Of a stretch of DNA of 64,000 nucleotides, positions 39,804 through 49,850 are shown piece by piece. Each line of letters opens with the position of its first letter. The first letter of the stretch is position 1. The DNA is from Octopus sinensis. Lineage: Eukaryota. The stretch is taken from contig NC_043018.1 of assembly GCF_006345805.1 (NCBI RefSeq), positions 23,870,001 through 23,934,000 on the forward strand, written 5' to 3'. The notes below the pieces were generated by a model. That model was not told the origin of the DNA and did not search any database. It saw nothing but the letters and a program-made list of their open reading frames with translations. A program made the position numbers and the translations under genes.

Positions 39804-40091
39804 AATCTGTTAACCGAAACTGCAAAACGACTCAGCATTCCGTACAGTCACAAGTTACTCAACAAAATCCACAATGGAACCATTCAGATGGTAACAGGAC
39901 ATCTTCGAATTCTTTGCCAACCCTCGGCACACGATTACATTGTGTTTTGTGTCGGAGAGGTTTCAATTCCAGGAGCAACCTACGTTCACATATGCGCATC
40001 CATACTCTAGAGAAACCGTTTGTTTGCAAATTTTGCAACCGTAGCTTCAGTCAGTCGTCGACATTACGGAACCACACACGACTTCATACAG
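39804..40091 (+). CDS. PRDM12: PRDM12 exon: linker plus zinc fingers 1-2
   Basis: [54 protein letters not shown], near-identical to the PRDM12 fingers; phase 1/1. Confidence 0.95.
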
Positions 40092-40469
40092 GTGAGTTTG
40101 TGACATTCATGCATTCTGTTATCTTATACCTTTTCCCTTGTTTCAGTTATTTGAACTGCGGTCATGCTGGGGCACCGCCTTGAAAGGTTTTAGTCGAGCA
40201 AATCGAATTCAGTACTTATTGTTTTGTTTTTTTTGTTGTTGTTTTTTAAGTTTAGTACTTATTTTATTGGACTTCTTATCAAATCGCTAAGTCACAAGGA
40301 TGGAAACGAAACAACACTGATTGGCAAGCGGTAAGGGGTACAAACACACACACAAAGACACACGCACACAACACACACACACACACACGTGTGTGTATAT
40401 GTGAGTGTGTGTGTGAGTATGAATATATGTATGTATGTATGTATGTATGTGTATATTATATATATATAT

Positions 40470-40643
40470 CGTTGTCGATTTTTTTTCTCCGTCTTCCCTT
40501 CTTTGGATCTTTCCTCTTCCTATGTTTCTGACGAAGAGCTCGCTCGAAACATTAACCCTCCTTCTTTCCTGAGCGTCCATAATATTTATACTTGTTCCAC
40601 GTCCGCGCGTTGTTGTGTTTTCTTTGTCTTTTCATATTTGGAT

Positions 40644-40650
<7 letters not shown>
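40470..40650 (+). mobile_element. (TA)n-flanked short element with hammerhead-like core (40524-40556)
   Basis: CUGACGA-A-GAGC(UC)GCUC-GAAAC-AUU; homologous inverted copy at 44915-45105. Confidence 0.6.
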
Positions 40651-40685
<35 letters not shown>

Positions 40686-40743
40686 ATATATATATATGGA
40701 TGTAAGTATATATATGAGTGTGTGTATGAATATGTACGTAGTA

Positions 40744-41901
40744 CAGGATGCGGTGAATAAGCTGTCGTCTAAATTACGCAAAAATGAAAATGACACTGAC
40801 AACTCATTTTAACAGATATATTCACCAAATTTACATTAAAATATCTTGAAACACTAAAGAGTAAATTTATTCAATAAAATCGCCATTGGCTCCACCGACG
40901 GCCTCAAGACCACTTCGGAATCTCCTGCAACTCTTCTGGACAATCTCCTTGTTTAAGTTGGTGAATGCTACCATAATCCTTGCCTTCAGTTCGTCTTTGG
41001 TGTTACAAGGAGTTTTGTTGGTCTCTCGTCAACTACACCCCACACATAATAATCAAGGGGGGTTGCAGTCTGGGGAGTTAGGTGGCTAGATGTTAAGGGT
41101 GATGTGGTGGCAGAAATTGTCTGACAGCCATGACTGGGTTCTCCTGCTTGTGTGACATGGTGCAGAGTCCTGTTGCTAGACATAGGGTCGTCCAGCAGCC
41201 ACTCTCTTGACCCAGGGCAGCACTACCTCCTCCAAGCACTTGATGTAGATCTCCGTGTTGAGTGTGAGGCCGTGTGGGAAGATGAATGGAAGCAGAAATT
41301 TTTGTCGCCTGAGAAGAACCAAAGCATGTTCAGTTGGAGGGGATGCTTGAGTTTATCCAAAAGATTCGTATGGTGTCTTTCCCCATGTCCTTGATGGCTT
41401 GGGATAAAACTTTTTCCTTTCTCATCTTGTATGAGGAATACCGAATGTCTTCATGTACTACCTGCCTGATAAGAAACTCAGACACTCCCATATCCCTGGC
41501 GATGGACCTGATTGACATGGAGGGATCATTGTCAATCATGGCCTGGATCTCACCAACAAATTCAAGAGTTCTTTTCTTATCAGAACAATCAGAGTGAGTT
41601 TTCCGAGTTCCGGTCCTTCGTAATCATCATTAGACTCATCCAACTCTTTCCGAATCTTCTGCATTGTCCTCAGATTCACACTCAAACACTGCAAAATGTT
41701 CTTCGTGGAGCTTCCAGCACAAATGCCAAGCATGTTGTTTCCAAATCTCTGGTAGAGTGAATTGCGTCATGGCACTGTTTTTCTCATAGACGGTGCCCAA
41801 CTTACCCAACTATACTGTGTAGTCGACAAAATCAAAAACAATCAATGCACATATGCGAAATTAAAAATATCAAATGGCAACAGTTTACCCATCGCACCCT
41901 G
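40744..41901 (-). mobile_element. Decayed Tc1/mariner-superfamily element (maT/DD37D-like)
   Basis: TA-flanked TIRs CAGG(A/G)TGCG; transposase remnants DNDPSMSIRSIARDMGVSEFLIRQVVHEDIRYSSYKM and PPNSPDCNPLDYYVWGVV. Confidence 0.85.
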
Positions 41902-41929
41902 TATATGTGTGTGAGTGTGTGCGTGTGTG

Positions 41930-41963
<34 letters not shown>

Positions 41964-42015
41964 AATATAGATAGATAGATAGATAGATAGATAGACAGAT
42001 AGATAGATAGATAGG

Positions 42016-42066
<51 letters not shown>

Positions 42067-42151
42067 GCAGACAAACAGATAGGTAGATTATTCAACAATG
42101 GTTTTGTCGAGCCACATACATGTTAAAGTTTCATAGGATCTTGAGATGAAT

Positions 42152-43246
42152 AACTCATTTCGTCAGGTATCTAGTGGAGAAAAATGGGATTTGAGACAAA
42201 TTCAAGGTGGTTTTAAGATGTTAGGTTTTTATTGAAGTAATTGACCATAACATTTTCCTAGAAAAAATTTGTATTATAAACTCTCCACTCCCAACGTTAC
42301 TCCTACTAAGACAACATCGCTTATAACATTACACGCTACAATAGTCCCAAACACACACCTATACAGCCTTTAATCAACATCCCAACTGGTAACTGCTGAA
42401 ATCCTAACAATAGCTCTCAAAGGCTGTACTTTATAGAGTCACTCTTACACCAGCTGATATAAGAAACTACAGGGGCATGATGGTCAACAAATTTAAGGAA
42501 AGGTATACACAACATACACACTCCTTCAGATGCAAGAATGGAGACAACTCCACCTTTTTGTCTTATTTCATCTGGAGACGCTGCAACAGTTGGAGACCAC
42601 TCCAATATCTAATGGAGTATCACTGAAAGGGCCCCTAATTACTAACCTGGAATGCATAATTGCCAACTCTGTCCCCATGGCAGACTGCACATGCTTCAAC
42701 AGTCTGCAGTATCCATCAACAGGAAGAATGAAGTATCTTATTGTTGCCACCAGAGATATCTTCTGTTAATGAACTTCAAACCACTGGCAATAAACCTTAA
42801 GACTGGCTGCCTCACACACAAGGGCAGGATATTTAACCCGTCATCTGTATTGAGTACAGTACCACCTTGCCACCTACCCAGACTCAATTTTTAACTTAGC
42901 ATCACTAAGTTTGTAACCATCACCACCAAATGCAAAAACTGGCTCTGCTGATGTCTTAATTTGCCACTGAACATTCACCAAGCATATACCCAGCAACAAC
43001 ATCCTGCTCTACCATGTGCGATATTAAATGCAATGAAATTATATTACTAAATACACCATATTGCAGCTTGTAAACATAGTGGCTTCAGCTACATGCCAAT
43101 ATCCTGTCTGAGCACATGGGCCTAAGAATAAAGGGATCAATACCAGCTTGTGACCTGAGTTGACAAATAGAGACCTAACATCTAAAAGCCATCTTGAATA
43201 TGTCCCAATTCTCATTATCCTCTCTAGATACCTGATGAGATAGGTT
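42152..43246. mobile_element. Unclassified ~1.1-kb element with ~80-bp diverged inverted termini
   Basis: 42152-42232 approximates the reverse complement of 43166-43246 (shared TCAGGTATCTAG...ATTCAAG..GG.TTT.AGATGTTAGGT). Confidence 0.6.
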
Positions 43247-43490
43247 TGGTCCACTAGTTCATTTCAATCAGGGTCCATATGGCCATGAGGATCCACGCAA
43301 CAAAATAGCAAATTGAAGATCCACAATAGCATTTTAAGTGCCCCTGAAAAAATTCTGCTTTAGATGTATGTATTGCAAGAAACAACTGGGTTTCTTTCTC
43401 AAACATTTTATATAGTTTAACCTTCACAAGTTAATGTGTGGAAAACAAAATAAGAATTTTGGAAGGAGTTTCTATAAAACTAGTTTTTAA

Positions 43491-43709
43491 CCCTTTCGTT
43501 ACTATATTTATTTTGAGATGCTCTGTGGTTCTTTCAATTACTTTAAATATTACAAAGAATTTAGTAAAACAACTTAGTTTTCATTCAGCTAGTGTTAGGA
43601 ACATAAAGTGTAACCAAGGTTTGGTGAAAGATTTTAATTCAAAACTTATGTAAACAAGATTTTGTACTCAGAACCAGAGCTGGTTTCTGCCGGGTTGGTG
43701 ACGAAAGGG
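43491..43709. mobile_element. piggyBac-like MITE nested in a hAT MITE
   Basis: TTAA TSD on both sides, TIR CCCTTTCGT/ACGAAAGGG; second, diverged copy at 52411-52626. Confidence 0.85.
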
Positions 43710-43879
43710 TTAAACATCAAATGGTGATGGGGGTCCACCAGAATAAAATAATAATCAAAGGGGTCCATAGATAAAATAAGTCCCATAAGGACAAAGAAAC
43801 TAGTCAAGGGTAAACAGTTTCAGTGTTCATACACATTCATACCACAAGAAGCAGGTACAGAATTATGTATGGAAGGATA

Positions 43880-44246
43880 TCTTTATATATAAAAGTGAAG
43901 TTGTGTGTCTGTCTCCTACAATTTAGATTCCTAACTACTCCCACATTTTGCGGTGCAGTGTAACCAAAAGCGGGTATCTTATATTCGTGATTCATATCGA
44001 GCCCTTCTGGGTATTAGCGTGCATCTACGATGAGTCTACGATTTTAAAAATAATTTTTTTCCATTTTAATGCATTTTTTCGCTATTATATAAGGGAAGTA
44101 ACTCTCTAAAAATGTCTACGATGAGTCAACAATTTAAAAAAAAATTTACCATCATTTTTTTTGCTATTTTTTGGCTATAACTCTCTAAAAATGCTTATAT
44201 AGTTATTTCCCTTACAAACCCGAGCAACGCCGGGCGATACTGCTAG
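43880..44246 (+). mobile_element. Non-autonomous Helitron ending 39 bp before the last PRDM12 exon
   Basis: A|TC ... hairpin ... CTAG|T; very similar to 36257-36654. Confidence 0.87.
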
Positions 44247-44285
44247 TAAAGGTTATAATTTCTGTGTACAATTTATATTTTGCAG

Positions 44286-44506
44286 GTGAGAAGCCTTATC
44301 GTTGTACAGTGTGCCAGAGTTCATATTCACAGTTAGCAGGACTGAGAGCCCATCAGAGGAGTTCTCGTCACAGGCCACACTCCGATGAATCATTTAACAA
44401 CAGTTCTTACCATAAGCAGAGGCCCGTTGTCGGACTGACGTCTTCATCGTCGTCGTCGTCGCCGTCATCAACAACAACAACAGCAACACAGAATAATCCT
44501 CCATAA
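44286..44506 (+). CDS. PRDM12: PRDM12 terminal exon: zinc finger 3 plus Ser/Thr-rich tail
   Basis: [31 protein letters not shown]... ending TAA 44504-44506. The six-exon model totals 1245 nt = 414 aa. Confidence 0.95.
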
Positions 44507-44822
44507 ATATTGCAGTTGGAAAAACATGTTTTGTTGTGTTTTTTATTCCTTATTTGTTGTTCTTCTTTATTCATATTTTAAAATTTTATCTGATGAGATC
44601 TTTTTACTGAAACTTTAGGAAGATTGAGAGATCGACAATGAGAAGTATTTTGAGTTTATATATATATATATATACATATATATACAAAGAGCTTCTTTCA
44701 GTTTCCATCACAAGGCTTTGGTCGACCCAAAGCATAGTAGAAGACTCTTACCCAAAGTGCCATGCAGTGGGACTGAACCCCGAACCATGTGGTTGGGAAG
44801 CAACCACACAGCCACTCCTGCA

Positions 44823-44882
<60 letters not shown>

Positions 44883-44914
44883 ATATACATATATAATATA
44901 TATATATATATATA

Positions 44915-45105
44915 GTTAATCCAAACATGAAAACACAACAACACGAGTACATGGAACAAGTATAGTGTATTGGACGCTCATGAAAGGGAAGAAAGAAGGA
45001 GGATTTAACGTTTCAAGCGAAGCTCTTCGTCAGAAACATAGAAAAAGGAAAGGTCCAAGGAAGGGAAGATGGAGAAAGAAAATCGCCAACGATACACACG
45101 CGGTC
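44915..45105 (-). mobile_element. (TA)n-flanked short element with minimal hammerhead (45003-45037)
   Basis: Minus strand reads GUUU-CUGACGA-A-GAGC(UUC)GCUU-GAAA-CG-UU-AAAU. Confidence 0.6.
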
Positions 45106-45342
45106 ATATATACACACACACAGACACACACATATATATATATATATACACACACACACATATATATATATACACACACACACATATATATATATACACA
45201 CACACACATATATATATATACAGATCTTTATCTTTTACTGGTTTCAGTCATTGGACTGTGACCACAATAGTTGTAAATGAGTGTTACCAAAACAAAAAAG
45301 CACTCTTATTCATTTTCCTATCTTATGTAACAAACAAAGGAT

Positions 45343-45830
45343 GGTGTGACATAAAATCTAATGGCACTACAGTCATGTAGTAACAACGGGCTGGTGTGAC
45401 ACAAAATGTATTGGTAACAGAGCCATGTAACAGATACTGGATGATGCGGCGCAAAATGTAATGATAATACAGCCATATAACAGACACAGAATAGTGTGAC
45501 ATAAAATGCAATAGTAATACGACCCTGTAAGCAACAACAGGGTGGTGTGATACAAAATGTAATGGTAACACAGCCATGTAACAAACACAGAATGGTGTGA
45601 CACAAAACATAATAGTAATAATGCAATGTAACTGATGCAGAATAGTGTGACACCAAATGTAGTGGTAACATAGCCATGGAATGACCACAGTGTAGTGTGA
45701 CACAAAATGTAGTGGTAACACAGCCATGGAATGACCACAGTGTAGTGTGACACAAAATGTAGTGGTAACACAGCCATGGAATGACCACAGTGTAGTGTGA
45801 CACAAAATGTAGTGGTAACACAGCCATATA
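45343..45830. repeat. ~50-bp minisatellite, ~10 copies
   Basis: Unit GTGTGACACAAAATGTAGTGGTAACACAGCCATGGAATGACCACAGTGTA; exact 50-bp period at the right end, diverged at the left. Confidence 0.92.
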
Positions 45831-46267
45831 ACATACACAAGATGGTATAATATTTAAAAGTGCTAATATACAGCCATTCGAATAAGACTAATAAATCAAA
45901 ATATGATTTTTTAAAAGTTTATTTAAAGAACTACTGAAGATTTCCTTCCATTTAATTTCAAGCGTGGCAGTGTAGTCGAGAAGTATTTGCTTATAACAAC
46001 ATAGTTTAGAACTGCACCTCATTGCACAGTACCTCTCTGCAAGTATCATTTACAACATCTGTAGCTTTACCAATGCCTTGATAAGCTTCCTCAAATTCCA
46101 CTTACCAAAGCTTTGATGATTGAAATATAGCAGAAGTGTGTGTATTAGTAAAAGAATGGCTGATAAATCAGCGCATCAAACAAAAGACAGTAAGTAATAT
46201 TTAGTTTGCCGAATTATGTCTTTTAACCTTTAGCATTCAGATTTCTCGGTTAAATGAAATGCTTATT

Positions 46268-46470
46268 TATTACGTTCGACTTAGCAAAGACGGAGGTATT
46301 GTTTTCAGTGATGTTTGTTTGTTTGTCCCTGGACAAGATATCTCAAGAACCGCTGGATGGATTCAGATGAAACCTTCAGGGATGCTTGACCTAGTGACTG
46401 GCACAAACTGATTAGATTTTGGGATCGATTTGGTACTGGACAAGGATACTGGATTATTTTTTATATTTTC
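46268..46470 (+). mobile_element. Helentron/DINE-1-like non-autonomous fragment
   Basis: TTATTAC...CGGAGGTATTGTTTTC...(GTTT)n...ATCTCAAGAACCGCTGGATGGATT layout recalled for such elements. Confidence 0.5.
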
Positions 46471-46701
46471 TTTACATGTATATGTAAAGTTTCACATAGT
46501 TCTCTTGTACACACACACACACGCAAACATACCTCTCTTTTACACACACATATACTCACACTTCAAACACTGTTTATCAGCTTTTTCACTCCTTCCTTCA
46601 TTCTTCATCTTCACTCCTTCCTTTTTCATTCATATGATGCTCTCTTTGCCATTTATCTCCTCTACCTTCACCTCTCACTCTGGCTCTATTTTATATACAT
46701 A

Positions 46702-47215
46702 CTAGCAGTATCGCCCGGCGTTGCTCGGGTTTGTAAGGGAAATAACTATATAAGCATTTTTAGAGAGTTACTTCCCTTATAGATGCCAATTCAGGCTTTC
46801 TTAGCCATTTCTGTTTTGGTGTCTTCAAGCCATGAAGTCATTGTTCTAAAAGAACGCTGGTCTCCTTGACAACGCATTACGACGTTGATTTCCTTAGACT
46901 CCCTTCCCCACAGCTTCACGAGGGAGGGAAGAAGGGGGAGAAGCAACACAGGTGCAGATGTGAGCGTGGACGCCAACTCCGCCGCCATCGACACATGAAA
47001 AATTATACATTAAAATGGAATAAAAAATGATGTTAAATTATTTTAAAAATCGTAGACTCATCGTAGACGCGCGCTAATACTCAGACGGGCTCGATATGAA
47101 TCACGACTATAAGATACCCGAATTTGGTTAAACTGCACCGCAACATGTGGTAGTAGTTAGGAATCTAAATCGAAGGGGACAGACACTCACACAACTACAG
47201 TTTTATATATATAGA
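46702..47215 (-). mobile_element. Non-autonomous Helitron with extra ~220-bp internal segment
   Basis: Same termini as the other copies; 46781-47000 is absent from them. Confidence 0.82.
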
Positions 47216-47216
47216 T

Positions 47217-47653
47217 ATCACTTTGATCACTTTGACCGACCAGTCCGTCAGGCGTCCATTTGACACCGCTGGTCACAGCACGCTGTCCACTCCTCTCTGG
47301 ATCGCGCCTTTCTCATCCACGTGATCCCAATCGTCCTCCTGAAATCGTAATTCCACCGTCGTAGAGGTCTTCCGGGTGGTCTTTTCCGCTCACGCGGGTA
47401 CCACTCGACAACTGCGTGCGTCCACCGGTTATCGGTGAGCCGGGCGACGTGTCCAGCCCATCTATACTTGCTGCGTGTATACTCTGCGATGACATCTCTC
47501 ACGTTGGACTTCTTTCTGATGATCTTGCTACTTATTAACCTCATTATATGGTAGCTACCACAAAGAGAGAAGAGCAAAGACTGGTAACGGCTCAAAGAGC
47601 CATGGAAAGGTCAATGCTCGGTATCTCGTTGAGAGAGCACATAAGTAGCAAGA
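47217..47653 (-). mobile_element. 5'-inverted, truncated RTE LINE insertion
   Basis: The minus part encodes SSKIIRKKSNVRDVI...RWAGHVAR..DNRWT..V.EWYPR; the adjacent plus part encodes the immediately upstream RLVTAQRAMERSMLGISLREHISSKI. Confidence 0.85.
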
Positions 47654-47674
47654 TATACATATATATATACACAA

Positions 47675-47723
<49 letters not shown>

Positions 47724-47727
<4 letters not shown>

Positions 47728-47910
47728 AATATGAGAGACAATCCACTATGTGGACGCTCTAACACTAAAAATAGATCCGCAATGGTCTCAACGCTTACGT
47801 TCATAGTTGTGCTAAATTTTTCTTGAGAACAATTCTTAGTGGTTGAGACCATTGCGGATCTATTTTTAGCATTAGAGCATCCACATAGTGGATTCTCTCT
47901 CATATTTGTG
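47724..47910. repeat. Foldback inverted repeat (~69-bp arms) next to (TA)n
   Basis: 47724-47792 pairs with 47842-47910. Confidence 0.9.
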
Positions 47911-48533
47911 TATTAATATTTAATAAATCTCAGTTTTTTATGCACTAAACCACTTGGTGTTAAATTGATGTTATTAAATTAATATCCAATTTTTTCACCC
48001 TTATTTTGATTTTAATTATATATATACACATACGAATATATAAAAAGACAATGCTCATTATCATATTAGGAGATTATACATACATTTTAACACTTTACAG
48101 TATACTTACATATATACATAATTTTATACTTCGATCTAGAACAACAGGACCAGAATTAAAGAGAACAGAAAACCAAAAGGTTTCATGATATTCATAGAAG
48201 GATTTTATTTCAGATATTCTCATTTTAAAAATCATCTCCAGTTGAGAGTATATTGGTGTTGTGTCGGTGGAGGTTTTCACTCTCTGAGTGCTCTTGGTCA
48301 TATTGTTTTGAATTAATCATGCATTATCTTGTGGCTTTTAGATTTCAATGGCCTGATTGTTTACTTTTAGAATGGCATTGTATGATAGGTGTGAGAGGCT
48401 GGATCTGATCAGTTTGAACTTAAAACAAGTGGAATATTAGGGCTGGATATGATCGGCTTAAAATTCTAATTAACCATCTGATAAATATAAATAGAGATCT
48501 CAAAAATAAATAGACACAATAGTTTTTGAAAGA

Positions 48534-48539
48534 TTTATT
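48534..48539 (-). terminator. Candidate poly(A) signal for the caspase gene
   Basis: AATAAA on the minus strand ~0.9 kb after the tentative stop; motif only, in AT-rich DNA. Confidence 0.25.
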
Positions 48540-49420
48540 TCTAGAAACAAAATAATGTTATTTGATCCATTTAAGTACATAATCAAGTATTTAGTAGTCA
48601 CACTTTGTACAGGTTTCAATGATTTAAAATGTATAGGCATCATACCAAAGAATAGTGTCCACATGGGTAAGACAGTATAATGAGGTGTCTATTTACTTCT
48701 GAAATGTCTGTGTATTTATAACATAAGAACTAGACAAAATACATGGATAAAATCAACTGAAACATCTGAAAGCTATACTACAACATACCATATTTTCCAG
48801 CATACAAGTTCACATAGTATATAGTGTAAACATTCAGACATCATCACTATCTTTCCAAATTCTGCAGCATTTCACATGAAATGCGTCGTTCTCCAAATTT
48901 ATCTTAGTGTATAAGTTGACCAAACATTTGTTTTTTTAGGTTTTTTTCTTTTTTCTACTCTAGGCACAAGGCACGAAATTTTTGGGGAGGGGGCCAGTCG
49001 ATTAGATCGACCCAGTATGCAACTGGTACTTAATTTATCGACCCCGAAAGGATGAAAGGCAAAGTCAACCTTGGGGGAATTTGAACTTAGAACGTAAAGA
49101 CAGACGAAATACCACTAAGCATTTTTTATTTTGCTCAGTGTGCTAACGTTTCTGCCAGCTCCCCCTACATTTGTTTTATGGCAGTAAATTCTGGTCCCAA
49201 AATTTCAACTTCTATGTTGGAGAATATGGTAATTGAAGTCTGCTGATTAAATCAAGTAAAAAGATTAAAGAAAATATAAAAATAATCTAGAACTGTGCTT
49301 CTAGATAGTTCCTTCATCATTGAGGTTTTGTGAATATTAATTTCATTAATATATCATTGAATATATGTTAGCGTATATATTGTATATATATATATACTTT
49401 AAGACACCATGTAAAAATTG

Positions 49421-49426
49421 TTATAT
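49421..49426 (-). CDS. Tentative terminal coding bases of caspase (Ile-stop)
   Basis: Good acceptor TCTTTTCATTTCAG|ATA TAA, phase-compatible with the donor at 51159. Confidence 0.35.
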   Translation of the reverse strand: M

Positions 49427-49620
49427 CTGAAATGAAAAGAAAACCAATATAATTGAAAGTAAAATAAGGCTAAATGTGTTTGTTTGGAGCAAAGAAAAGT
49501 CACATACTGTTGCATTATACATACATGTTATCTCATATCAGTTTATGCATTTATCACAGCACATATATTCTTCATCAGATTTAACAAGGGTTTCATGTCA
49601 ATGTGTGTGTGTGTGCATGC

Positions 49621-49672
<52 letters not shown>

Positions 49673-49681
<9 letters not shown>

Positions 49682-49850
49682 AAAAAAATACAAACTGGGA
49701 CAAGAATGCAAAACACTTAGAAGACGATACAAAAAACACGGACGGGACATTCGAAGCTATCAATCTTCAGTCAAGAACCGGATCATCTTCGCAATTTCGG
49801 CTTCTAAGTGTTTTGCATTCTTGTCCCAGTTTGTATTTTTTTACATATAT
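49673..49850. repeat. Foldback inverted repeat (~50-bp arms) next to (TA)n
   Basis: 49673-49723 pairs with 49801-49850. Confidence 0.9.
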
